This document shows positions 1 through 15,000 of a stretch of DNA of 64,000 nt, piece by piece. The stretch comes from Eledone cirrhosa. Taxonomy: Eukaryota. The stretch lies in contig OZ024762.1 in NCBI GenBank assembly GCA_964016885.1, positions 29,140,001-29,204,000 of the forward strand, read 5' to 3'. The notes under the pieces are model-generated. The model had not been told where the DNA came from and did not search any database. It saw only the letters and a list, made by a program, of their open reading frames with translations. The stretch's first letter is position 1. The number at the start of each line of letters is the position of its first letter. Made by a program: the position numbers and the translations under genes.

Positions 1-3000
1 CAGTCTTCTCTCCCACACACTACAACTTATCCCTCTTATACACAGTTTCTCTCTCAACACATCACATGTCCATACCATCTCAGTCTTCTCTCCCACACAC
101 CACAACTTATCCCTCTTATACAGTTTCTCTCTCAATACATCACATGTCCATACTATCTCAGTTTTCTCTCCCACACACGACAACTTATCCCTCTTATACC
201 CAGTTTCTCTCTCAACACATCACATGTCCATACCATCTCAGTGTCTTCTCCCACACACTACAACTTATCCCTCTTATACACAGTTTCTCTCTCAACACAT
301 CACATGTCCATACCATCTCAGTCTTCTCTCCCACACACCACAACTTATCCCTCTTATACACAGTTTCTCTCTCAACACATCACATGTCGATACTATCTCA
401 GTCTTCTCTCCCAATCACTACAACTTATCCCTCTTATACACAGTTAATCTCTCAACACATCACATGTCCATGCCATCTCAGTCTTCTCTCCCACTCACTA
501 CAACTTATCCCTCTTATACACAGTTAATCTCTCAACACATCACATGTCCATACCATCTCAGTTTTCTCTCCCACTCACTACAACTTATCCCTCTTATACA
601 CAGTTTCTCTCTCAACACATCACATGTCCATACCATCTCAGTCTTCTCTCCCACACACCACAATTTATCCCTCTTATACACAGTTTCTCTCTCAACACAT
701 CAAATGTCCATACCATCTCAGTCTTCTCTCCCACACACCACAACTTATCCCTCTTATACACAGTTTCTCTCTCAACTCATCAAATGTCCATACCATCTCA
801 GTCTTCTCTCCCACACACCACCACTTATCCCTCTTATACACAGTTAATCTCTCAACACATCACATGTCCATACCATCTCAGTCTTCTCCCCCACACACCA
901 CAACTTATCCCTCTTATACACAGTTTCTCTCTCAACACATCACATGTCCATACCATCTCAGTCTTCTCTCCCACACACCACAACTTATCCCTCTTATACA
1001 CAGTTTCTCTCTCAATACATCACATGTCCATACTATCTCAGTTTTCTCTCCCACACACTACAACTTATCCCTCTTATACCCAGTTTCTCTCTCAACACAT
1101 CACATGTCCATACCATCTCAGTGTCTTCTCCCACACACTACAACTTATCCCTCTTATACACAGTTTCTCTCTTAACACATCACATGTCCATACCATCTCA
1201 GTCTTCTCTCCCACACACCACAACTTATCCCTCTTATACACAGTTTCTCTCTCAATACATCACATGTCCATACCATCTCAGTCTTCTCTCCGACACACTA
1301 CAACTTATCCCTCTTATACCCAGTTTCTCTCTCAACACATCACATGTCCATACCATCTCAGTGTCTTCTCCCACACACTACAACTTATCCCTCTTATACA
1401 CAGTTTCTCTCTCAACACATCACATGTCCATACCATCTCAGTCTTCTCTCCCACACACTACAACTTATCCCTCTTATACACAGTTTCTCTCTCAACACAT
1501 CACATGTCCATACCATCTCAGTCTTCTCTCCCACACACCACAACTTATCCCTCTTATACACAGTTTCTCTCTCAATACATAACATGTCCATACTATCTCA
1601 GTTTTCTCTCCCACACACGACAACTTATCCCTCTTATACACAGTTTCTCTCTCAACACATCACATGTCCATACCATCTCAGTCTTCTCTCCCACACACCA
1701 CAACTTATCCCTCTTATACACAGTTTCTCTCTCAATACATCACATGTCCATACCATCTCAGTCTTCTCTCCCACACACCACAACTTATCCCTCTTATACA
1801 CAGTTTCTCTCTCAACACATCACATGTCCATACCATCTCAGTGTCTTCTCCCACACACTACAACTTATCCCTCTTATACACAGTTTCTCTCTCAACACAT
1901 CACATGTCCATACCATCTCAGTCTTCTCTCCCACACACCACAACTTATCCCTCTTATACACAGTTTCTCTCTCAACACATCACATGTCCATACCATCTCA
2001 GTCTTCTCTCCCAATCACTACAACTTATCCCTCTTATACACAGTTTCTCTCTCAACACATCACATGTCCATACCATCTCAGTGTCTTCTGCCACACACTA
2101 CAACTTATCCCTCTTATACACAGTTTCTCTCTCAACACATCACATGTCCATACCATCTCAGTCTTCTCTCCCACACACCACAACTTATCCCTCTTATACA
2201 CAGTTTCTCTCTCAATACATCACATGTCCATACCATCTCAGTCTTCTCTCCCACACACCACAACTTATCCCTCTTATACACAGTTTCTCTCTCAATACAT
2301 CACATGTCCATACTATCTCAGTTTTCTCTCCCACACACTACAACTTATCCCTCTTATACACAGTTTCTCTCTCAACACATCACATGTCGATACCATCTCA
2401 GTCTTCTCTCCCACACACCACAACTTATCCCTCTTATACACAGTTTCTCTCTCAATACATCACATGTCCATACCATCTCAGTCTTCTCTCCCACACACCA
2501 CAACTTATCCCTCTTATACACAGTTTCTCTCTCAACACATCACATGTCCATACCATCTCAGTCTTCTCTCCCACACACCACAATTTATCCCTCTTATACC
2601 CAGTTTCTCTCTCAACACATCACATGTCCATACCATCTCAGTGTCTTCTCCCACACACTACAACTTATCCCTCTTATACACAGTTTCTCTCTCAACACAT
2701 CACATGTCCATACCATCTCAGTCTTCTCTCCCACACACCACAACTTATCCCTCTTATACACAGTTTCTCTCTCAACACATCACATGTCCATACCATCTCA
2801 GTCTTCTCTCCCAATCACTACAACTTATCCCTCTTATACACAGTTTCTCTCTCAACACATCACATGTCCATACCATCTCAGTGTCTTCTCCCACACACTA
2901 CAACTTATCCCTCTTATACACAGTTTCTCTCTCAACACATCACATGTCCATACCATCTCAGTCTTCTCTCCCACACACCACAACTTATCCCTCTTATACA

Positions 3001-6000
3001 CAGTTTCTCTCTCAATACATCACATGTCCATACCATCTCAGTCTTCTCTCCCACACACTACAACTTATCCCTCTTATACACAGTTTCTCTCTCAACACAT
3101 CACATGTCCATACCATCTCAGTCTTCTCTCCCACACACCACAACTTATCCCTCTTATACAGTTTCTCTCTCAATACATCACATGTCCATACTATCTCAGT
3201 TTTCTCTCCCACACACGACAACTTATCCCTCTTATACCCAGTTTCTCTCTCAACACATCACATGTCCATACCATCTCAGTGTCTTCTCCCACACACTACA
3301 ACTTATCCCTCTTATACACAGTTTCTCTCTCAACACATCACATGTCCATACCATCTCAGTCTTCTCTCCCACACACCACAACTTATCCCTCTTATACACA
3401 GTTTCTCTCTCAACACATCACATGTCGATACTATCTCAGTCTTCTCTCCCAATCACTACAACTTATCCCTCTTATACACAGTTAATCTCTCAACACATCA
3501 CATGTCCATGCCATCTCAGTCTTCTCTCCCACTCACTACAATTTATCCCTCTTATACACAGTTTCTCTCTCAACACATCAAATGTCCATACCATCTCAGT
3601 CTTCTCTCCCACACACCACAACTTATCCCTCTTATACACAGTTTCTCTCTCAACTCATCAAATGTCCATACCATCTCAGTCTTCTCTCCCACACACCACC
3701 ACTTATCCCTCTTATACACAGTTAATCTCTCAACACATCACATGTCCATACCATCTCAGTCTTCTCCCCCACACACCACAACTTATCCCTCTTATACACA
3801 GTTTCTCTCTCAACACATCACATGTCCATACCATCTCAGTCTTCTCTCCCACACACCACAACTTATCCCTCTTATACACAGTTTCTCTCTCAATACATCA
3901 CATGTCCATACTATCTCAGTTTTCTCTCCCACACACTACAACTTATCCCTCTTATACCCAGTTTCTCTCTCAACACATCACATGTCCATACCATCTCAGT
4001 GTCTTCTCCCACACACTACAACTTATCCCTCTTATACACAGTTTCTCTCTTAACACATCACATGTCCATACCATCTCAGTCTTCTCTCCCACACACCACA
4101 ACTTATCCCTCTTATACACAGTTTCTCTCTCAATACATCACATGTCCATACCATCTCAGTCTTCTCTCCGACACACTACAACTTATCCCTCTTATACCCA
4201 GTTTCTCTCTCAACACATCACATGTCCATACCATCTCAGTGTCTTCTCCCACACACTACAACTTATCCCTCTTATACACAGTTTCTCTCTCAACACATCA
4301 CATGTCCATACCATCTCAGTCTTCTCTCCCACACACTACAACTTATCCCTCTTATACACAGTTTCTCTCTCAACACATCACATGTCCATACCATCTCAGT
4401 CTTCTCTCCCACACACCACAACTTATCCCTCTTATACACAGTTTCTCTCTCAATACATAACATGTCCATACTATCTCAGTTTTCTCTCCCACACACGACA
4501 ACTTATCCCTCTTATACACAGTTTCTCTCTCAACACATCACATGTCCATACCATCTCAGTCTTCTCTCCCACACACCACAACTTATCCCTCTTATACACA
4601 GTTTCTCTCTCAATACATCACATGTCCATACCATCTCAGTCTTCTCTCCCACACACCACAACTTATCCCTCTTATACACAGTTTCTCTCTCAACACATCA
4701 CATGTCCATACCATCTCAGTGTCTTCTCCCACACACTACAACTTATCCCTCTTATACACAGTTTCTCTCTCAACACATCACATGTCCATACCATCTCAGT
4801 CTTCTCTCCCACACACCACAACTTATCCCTCTTATACACAGTTTCTCTCTCAACACATCACATGTCCATACCATCTCAGTCTTCTCTCCCAATCACTACA
4901 ACTTATCCCTCTTATACACAGTTTCTCTCTCAACACATCACATGTCCATACCATCTCAGTGTCTTCTGCCACACACTACAACTTATCCCTCTTATACACA
5001 GTTTCTCTCTCAACACATCACATGTCCATACCATCTCAGTCTTCTCTCCCACACACCACAACTTATCCCTCTTATACACAGTTTCTCTCTCAATACATCA
5101 CATGTCCATACCATCTCAGTCTTCTCTCCCACACACCACAACTTATCCCTCTTATACACAGTTTCTCTCTCAATACATCACATGTCCATACTATCTCAGT
5201 TTTCTCTCCCACACACGACAACTTATCCCTCTTATACACAGTTTCTCTCTCAACACATCACATGTCCATACCATCTCAGTCTTCTCTCCCACACACCACA
5301 ACTTATCCCTCTTATACACAGTTTCTCTCTCAATACATCACATGTCCATACCATCTCAGTCTTCTCTCCCACACACCACAACTTATCCCTCTTATACACA
5401 GTTTCTCTCTCAACACATCACATGTCCATACCATCTCAGTCTTCTCTCCCACACACCACAATTTATCCCTCTTATACCCAGTTTCTCTCTCAACACATCA
5501 CATGTCCATACCATCTCAGTGTCTTCTCCCACACACTACAACTTATCCCTCTTATACACAGTTTCTCTCTCAACACATCACATGTCCATACCATCTCAGT
5601 CTTCTCTCCCACACACCACAACTTATCCCTCTTATACACAGTTTCTCTCTCAACACATCACATGTCCATACCATCTCAGTCTTCTCTCCCAATCACTACA
5701 ACTTATCCCTCTTATACACAGTTTCTCTCTCAATACATCACATGTCCATACTATCTCAGTTTTCTCTCCCACACACGACAACTTATCCCTCTTATACCCA
5801 GTTTCTCTCTCAACACATCACATGTCCATACCATCTCAGTGTCTTCTCCCACACACTACAACTTATCCCTCTTATACACAGTTTCTCTCTCAACACATCA
5901 CATGTCCATACCATCTCAGTCTTCTCTCCCACACACCACAACTTATCCCTCTTATACACAGTTTCTCTCTCAACACATCACATGTCGATACCATCTCAGT

Positions 6001-9000
6001 CTTCTCTCCCAATCACTACAACTTATCCCTCTTATACACAGTTAATCTCTCAACACATCACATGTCCATGCCATCTCAGTCTTCTCTCCCACTCACTACA
6101 ACTTATCCCTCTTATACACAGTTAATCTCTCAACACATCACATGTCCATACCATCTCAGTTTTCTCTCCCACTCACTACAACTTATCCCTCTTATACACA
6201 GTTTCTCTCTCAACACATCACATGTCCATACCATCTCAGTCTTCTCTCCCACACACCACAATTTATCCCTCTTATACACAGTTTCTCTCTCAACACATCA
6301 AATGTCCATACCATCTCAGTCTTCTCTCCCACACACCACAACTTATCCCTCTTATACACAGTTTCTCTCTCAACTCATCAAATGTCCATACCATCTCAGT
6401 CTTCTCTCCCACACACCACCACTTATCCCTCTTATACACAGTTAATCTCTCAACACATCACATGTCCATACCATCTCAGTCTTCTCCCCCACACACCACA
6501 ACTTATCCCTCTTATACACAGTTTCTCTCTCAACACATCACATGTCCATACCATCTCAGTCTTCTCTCCCACACACCACAATTTATCCCTCTTATACACA
6601 GTTTCTCTCTCAATACATAACATGTCCATACTATCTCAGTTTTCTCTCCCACACACGACAACTTATCCCTCTTATACACAGTTTCTCTCTCAACACATCA
6701 CATGTCCATACCATCTCAGTCTTCTCTCCCACACACCACAACTTATCCCTCTTATACACAGTTTCTCTCTCAATACATCACATGTCCATACCATCTCAGT
6801 CTTCTCTCCCACACACCACAACTTATCCCTCTTATACACAGTTTCTCTCTCAACACATCACATGTCCATACCATCTCAGTCTTCTCTCCCACACACCACA
6901 ATTTATCCCTCTTATACCCAGTTTCTCTCTCAACACATCACATGTCCATACCATCTCAGTGTCTTCTCCCACACACTACAACTTATCCCTCTTATACACA
7001 GTTTCTCTCTCAACACATCACATGTCCATACCATCTCAGTCTTCTCTCCCACACACCACAACTTATCCCTCTTATACACAGTTTCTCTCTCAACACATCA
7101 CATGTCCATACCATCTCAGTCTTCTCTCCCAATCACTACAACTTATCCCTCTTATACACAGTTTCTCTCTCAACACATCACATGTCCATACCATCTCAGT
7201 GTCTTCTCCCACACACTACAACTTATCCCTCTTATACACAGTTTCTCTCTCAACACATCACATGTCCATACCATCTCAGTCTTCTCTCCCACACACTACA
7301 ACTTATCCCTCTTATACACAGTTTCTCTCTCAACACATCACATGTCCATACCATCTCAGTCTTCTCTCCCACACACCACAACTTATCCCTCTTATACAGT
7401 TTCTCTCTCAATACATCACATGTCCATACTATCTCAGTTTTCTCTCCCACACACGACAACTTATCCCTCTTATACCCAGTTTCTCTCTCAACACATCACA
7501 TGTCCATACCATCTCAGTGTCTTCTCCCACACACTACAACTTATCCCTCTTATACACAGTTTCTCTCTCAACACATCACATGTCCATACCATCTCAGTCT
7601 TCTCTCCCACACACCACAACTTATCCCTCTTATACACAGTTTCTCTCTCAACTCATCAAATGTCCATACCATCTCAGTCTTCTCTCCCACACACCACCAC
7701 TTATCCCTCTTATACACAGTTAATCTCTCAACACATCACATGTCCATACCATCTCAGTCTTCTCCCCCACACACCACAACTTATCCCTCTTATACACAGT
7801 TTCTCTCTCAACACATCACATGTCCATACCATCTCAGTCTTCTCTCCCACACACCACAACTTATCCCTCTTATACACAGTTTCTCTCTCAATACATCACA
7901 TGTCCATACTATCTCAGTTTTCTCTCCCACACACTACAACTTATCCCTCTTATACCCAGTTTCTCTCTCAACACATCACATGTCCATACCATCTCAGTGT
8001 CTTCTCCCACACACTACAACTTATCCCTCTTATACACAGTTTCTCTCTTAACACATCACATGTCCATACCATCTCAGTCTTCTCTCCCACACACCACAAC
8101 TTATCCCTCTTATACACAGTTTCTCTCTCAATACATCACATGTCCATACCATCTCAGTCTTCTCTCCGACACACTACAACTTATCCCTCTTATACCCAGT
8201 TTCTCTCTCAACACATCACATGTCCATACCATCTCAGTGTCTTCTCCCACACACTACAACTTATCCCTCTTATACACAGTTTCTCTCTTAACACATCACA
8301 TGTCCATACCATCTCAGTCTTCTCTCCCACACACCACAACTTATCCCTCTTATACACAGTTTCTCTCTCAATACATCACATGTCCATACCATCTCAGTCT
8401 TCTCTCCGACACACTACAACTTATCCCTCTTATACCCAGTTTCTCTCTCAACACATCACATGTCCATACCATCTCAGTGTCTTCTCCCACACACTACAAC
8501 TTATCCCTCTTATACACAGTTTCTCTCTCAACACATCACATGTCCATACCATCTCAGTCTTCTCTCCCACACACTACAACTTATCCCTCTTATACACAGT
8601 TTCTCTCTCAACACATCACATGTCCATACCATCTCAGTCTTCTCTCCCACACACCACAACTTATCCCTCTTATACACAGTTTCTCTCTCAATACATAACA
8701 TGTCCATACTATCTCAGTTTTCTCTCCCACACACGACAACTTATCCCTCTTATACACAGTTTCTCTCTCAACACATCACATGTCCATACCATCTCAGTCT
8801 TCTCTCCCACACACCACAACTTATCCCTCTTATACACAGTTTCTCTCTCAATACATCACATGTCCATACCATCTCAGTCTTCTCTCCCACACACCACAAC
8901 TTATCCCTCTTATACACAGTTTCTCTCTCAACACATCACATGTCCATACCATCTCAGTGTCTTCTCCCACACACTACAACTTATCCCTCTTATACACAGT

Positions 9001-12000
9001 TTCTCTCTCAACACATCACATGTCCATACCATCTCAGTCTTCTCTCCCACACACCACAACTTATCCCTCTTATACACAGTTTCTCTCTCAACACATCACA
9101 TGTCCATACCATCTCAGTCTTCTCTCCCAATCACTACAACTTATCCCTCTTATACACAGTTTCTCTCTCAACACATCACATGTCCATACCATCTCAGTGT
9201 CTTCTGCCACACACTACAACTTATCCCTCTTATACACAGTTTCTCTCTCAACACATCACATGTCCATACCATCTCAGTCTTCTCTCCCACACACCACAAC
9301 TTATCCCTCTTATACACAGTTTCTCTCTCAATACATCACATGTCCATACCATCTCAGTCTTCTCTCCCACACACTACAACTTATCCCTCTTATACACAGT
9401 TTCTCTCTCAACACATCACATGTCCATACCATCTCAGTCTTCTCTCCCACACACCACAACTTATCCCTCTTATACAGTTTCTCTCTCAATACATCACATG
9501 TCCATACTATCTCAGTTTTCTCTCCCACACACGACAACTTATCCCTCTTATACCCAGTTTCTCTCTCAACACATCACATGTCCATACCATCTCAGTCTTC
9601 TCTCCCACACACCACAACTTATCCCTCTTATACACAGTTTCTCTCTCAATACATCACATGTCCATACCATCTCAGTCTTCTCTCCCACACACCACAACTT
9701 ATCCCTCTTATACACAGTTTCTCTCTCAACACATCACATGTCGATACCATCTCAGTCTTCTCTCCCAATCACTACAACTTATCCCTCTTATACACAGTTA
9801 ATCTCTCAACACATCACATGTCCATGCCATCTCAGTCTTCTCTCCCACTCACTACAACTTATCCCTCTTATACACAGTTAATCTCTCAACACATCACATG
9901 TCCATACCATCTCAGTTTTCTCTCCCACTCACTACAACTTATCCCTCTTATACACAGTTTCTCTCTCAACACATCACATGTCCATACCATCTCAGTCTTC
10001 TCTCCCACACACCACAACTTATCCCTCTTATACCCAGTTTCTCCCTCAACACATCACATGTCCATACCATCTCAGTCTTCTCTCCCACACACTACAACTT
10101 ATCTCTCTAATACATAGTTTCTCTCTCAACGCATCACATGTCCATTCCATCTCAGTCTTCTCTCCCTCACACCACAACTTATCCCTCTTATACACAGTTA
10201 ATCTCTTAACACATCACATGTCCATACCATCACTGTCTTCTCTCCCACACACTACAACTTATCCCTCTTATACACAGTTTCTCTCTCAACACAAAATGTC
10301 CATACCATCACAGTCATCTCTCTCACACACTACGACTTATCCCTCTTATACACAGTTTCTCTCTCAACACATCACATGTCCATACCACCTCAGTCATCTC
10401 TCCCACACACCACAACTTATCCCTCTTATACCCAGTTTCTTTCTCAACTCATCACATGTCCATACCATCTCAGTCTTCTCTCACACACACTACAACTTAT
10501 CCCTCTTATACACAGTTTCTCTCTCAACACATCACATATCCATACCACCTCAGTCTTCTCTCCCACACACCACAACTTATCCCTCTTATACACAGTTTCT
10601 CTCTCAACACAAAATGTCCATACCATCTCAGTCATCTCTCTCACACACCACAACTTATCCCTCTTATACCCAGTTTCTCTCTCAACTCATCACATGTCCA
10701 TACTATCTCAGTTTTCTCTCCCACACACGACAACTTATCCCTCTTATACCCAGTTTCTCTCTCAACACATCACATGTCCATACCATCTCAGTGTCTTCTC
10801 CCACACACTACAACTTATCCCTCTTATACACAGTTTCTCTCTCAACACATCACATGTCCATACCATCTCAGTCTTCTCTCCCAATCACTACAACTTATCC
10901 CTCTTATACACAGTTAATCTCTCAACACATCACATGTCCATGCCATCACAGTCTTCTCTCCCACTCACTACAACTTATCCCTCTTATACACAGTTAATCT
11001 CTCAACACATCACATGTCCATACCATCTCAGTTTTCTCTCCCACTCACTACAACTTATCCCTCTTATACACAGTTTCTCTCTCAACACATCACATGTCCA
11101 TACCATCTCAGTCTTCTCTCCCACACACCACAACTTATCCGTCTTATACCCAGTTTCTCCCTCAACACATCACATGTCCATACCATCTCAGTCTTCTCTC
11201 CCACACACTACAACTTATCCCTCTTATACACAGTTTCTCTCTCAACGCATCACATGTCCATTCCATCTCAGTCTTCTCTCCCACACACTACAACTTATCC
11301 CTCTTATACACAGTTAATCTCTTAACTCATCACATATCCATACCATCTCAGTCTTCTCTCCCACACACTACAACTTCTCTCTCAACACATCACATGTCCA
11401 TACCATCTCAGTTTTCTCTCCCACACACGACAACTTATCCCTCTTATACACAGTTTCTCTCTCAACACATCACATGTCCATACCATCTCAGTCTTCTCTC
11501 CCACACACCACAACTTATCCCTCTTATACACAGTTTCTCTCTCAATACATCACATGTCCATACCATCTCAGTCTTCTCTCCCACACACCACAACTTATCC
11601 CTCTTATACACAGTTTCTCTCTCAACACATCACATATCCATACCATCTCAGTCTTCTCTCCCACACACCACAATTTATCCCTCTTATACCCAGTTTCTCT
11701 CTCAACACATCACATGTCCATACCATCTCAGTGTCTTCTCCCACACACTACAACTTATCCCTCTTATACACAGTTTCTCTCTCAACACATCACATGTCCA
11801 TACCATCTCAGTCTTCTCTCCCACACACCACAACTTATCCCTCTTATACACAGTTTCTCTCTCAACACATCACATGTCCATACCATCTCAGTCTTCTCTC
11901 CCAATCACTACAACTTATCCCTCTTATACACAGTTTCTCTCTCAACACATCACATGTCCATACCATCTCAGTGTCTTCTCCCACACACTACAACTTATCC

Positions 12001-15000
12001 CTCTTATACACAGTTTCTCTCTCAACACATCACATGTCCATACCATCTCAGTCTTCTCTCCCACACACCACAACTTATCCCTCTTATACACAGTTTCTCT
12101 CTCAATACATCACATGTCCATACCATCTCAGTCTTCTCTCCCACACACTACAACTTATCCCTCTTATACACAGTTTCTCTCTCAACACATCACATGTCAT
12201 ACCATCTCAGTCTTCTCTCCCAGACACCACAACTTATCCCTCTTATACAGTTTCTCTCTCAATACATCACATGTCCATACTATCTCAGTTTTCTCTCCCA
12301 CACACGACAACTTATCCCTCTTATACCCAGTTTCTCTCTCAACACATCACATGTCCATACCATCTCAGTGTCTTCTCCCACACACTACAACTTATCCCTC
12401 TTATACACAGTTTCTCTCTCAACACATCACATGTCCATACCATCTCAGTCTTCTCTCCCACACACCACAACTTATCCCTCTTATACACAGTTTCTCTCTC
12501 AACACATCACATGTCGATACCATCTCAGTCTTCTCTCCCAATCACTACAACTTATCCCTCTTATACACAGTTAATCTCTCAACACATCACATGTCCATGC
12601 CATCTCAGTCTTCTCTCCCACTCACTACAACTTATCCCTCTTATACCCAGTTTCTTTCTCAACACATCACATGTCCATACCACCTCAGTCTTCTCTCCCA
12701 CACACCACAACTTATCCCTCTTATACACAGTTTCTCTCTCAACACATCACATGTCCATACCATCTCAGTCTTCTCTCCCACACACCACAATTTATCCCTC
12801 TTATACCCAGTTTCTCTCTCAACACATCACATGTCCATACCATCTCAGTGTCTTCTCCCACACACTACAACTTATCCCTCTTATACACAGTTTCTCTCTC
12901 AACACATCACATGTCCATACCATCTCAGTCTTCTCTCCCACACACCACAACTTATCCCTCTTATACACAGTTTCTCTCTCAACACATCACATGTCCATAC
13001 CATCTCAGTCTTCTCTCCCAATCACTACAACTTATCCCTCTTATACACAGTTTCTCTCTCAACACATCACATGTCCATACCATCTCAGTGTCTTCTCCCA
13101 CACACTACAACTTATCCCTCTTATACACAGTTTCTCTCTCAACACATCACATGTCCATACCATCTCAGTCTTCTCTCCCACACACCACAACTTATCCCTC
13201 TTATACACAGTTTCTCTCTCAATACATCACATGTCCATACCATCTCAGTCTTCTCTCCCACAGACTACAACTTATCCCTCTTATACACAGTTTCTCTCTC
13301 AACACATCACATGTCCATACCATCTCAGTCTTCTCTCCCACACACCACAACTTATCCCTCTTATACAGTTTCTCTCTCAATACATCACATGTCCATACTA
13401 TCTCAGTTTTCTCTCCCACACACGACAACTTATCCCTCTTATACCCAGTTTCTCTCTCAACACATCACATGTCCATACCATCTCAGTGTCTTCTCCCACA
13501 CACTACAACTTATCCCTCTTATACACAGTTTCTCACTCAACACATCACATGTCCATACCATCTCAGTCTTCTCTCCCGCACACCACAACTTATCCCTCTT
13601 ATACACAGTTTCTCTCTCAACACATCACATGTCGATACCATCTCAGTCTTCTCTCCCAATCACTACAACTTATCCCTCTTATACACAGTTTCTCTCTCAA
13701 CACATCACATGTCCATACCATCACAGTCTTCTCTCCCACACACTACAACTGATCCCTCTTATACACAGTTTCTCTCTCAACACATCACATGTCCATACCA
13801 TCTCAGTCTTCTCTCCCACACACTACAACTGATCCCTCTTATACACAGTTTCTCTCTCAACTCATCACATGTCCATACCATCTCAGTCTTCTCTCCCACA
13901 CACTACAACTTATCCCTCTTATACACAGTTTCTCTCTCAACTCATCACATGTCCATACCACCTCAGTCTTCTCTCCCACACACCACAACTTATCCCTCTC
14001 ATACCCATTTTCTCTCTCAACACATCACATGTCCATACCATCTCAGTCTTCTCTCCCACACACCACAACTTATCCCTCTTATACACAGTTTCTCTCTCAA
14101 CACATCACATGTCCATACCATCTCAGTCTTCTCTCCCACACACTACAACTTATCCCTCTTATACACAGTTTCTCTCTCAACACATCACATGTCCATACTA
14201 TCTCAGTCTTCTCTCCCACACACCACAACTTATCCCTCTTATACACAGTTTCTCTCTCAACACATCACATGTCCATACCATCTCAGTTTTCTCTCCCACA
14301 CACCACAACTTATCCCTCTTATACCCAGTTTCTCTCTCAACTCATCACATGTCCATACCATCTCAGTCTTCTCTCCCACACACTACAACTTATCCCTCTT
14401 ATACACAGTTTCTCTCTCAACACATCACATGTCCATACCATCTCAGTTTTCTCTCCCACACACGACAACTTATCCCTCTTATACACAGTTTCTCTCTCAA
14501 CACATCACATGTCCATACCATCTCAGTCTTCTCTCCCACACACCACAACTTATCCCTCTTATACACAGTTTCTCTCTCAATACATCACATGTCCATACCA
14601 TCTCAGTCTTCTCTCCCACACACCACAACTTATCCCTCTTATACACAGTTTCTCTCTCAACACATCACATATCCATACCATCTCAGTCTTCTCTCCCACA
14701 CACCACAATTTATCCCTCTTATACCCAGTTTCTCTCTCAACACATCACATGTCCATACCATCTCAGTGTCTTCTCCCACACACTACAACTTATCCCTCTT
14801 ATACACAGTTTCTCTCTCAACACATCACATGTCCATACCATCTCAGTCTTCTCTCCCACACACCACAACTTATCCCTCTTATACACAGTTTCTCTCTCAA
14901 CACATCACATGTCCATACCATCTCAGTCTTCTCTCCCAATCACTACAACTTATCCCTCTTATACACAGGTTTCTCTCTCAACACATCACATGTCCATACC

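Noticed and set aside
351-362. CTCTTATACACA in type-A monomers matches 12 nt of the Tn5/Nextera mosaic end (CTGTCTCTTATACACATCT)
   Set aside because: The flanks differ on both sides, and the segment varies naturally (TATACCCAG; CTCAGACACA in B) and lies within the RTE-like frame. It is a coincidence rather than adapter contamination, though lenient adapter trimming could clip such reads.
3012-3221. 66-69 aa minus-strand ORFs (also at 7250, 9328, 10444, 27927 and others) as functional genes
   Set aside because: They arise only where a 78-bp monomer shifts the frame past a stop. They are informative about LINE ancestry but contain no RT or endonuclease domain and cannot be an active element.
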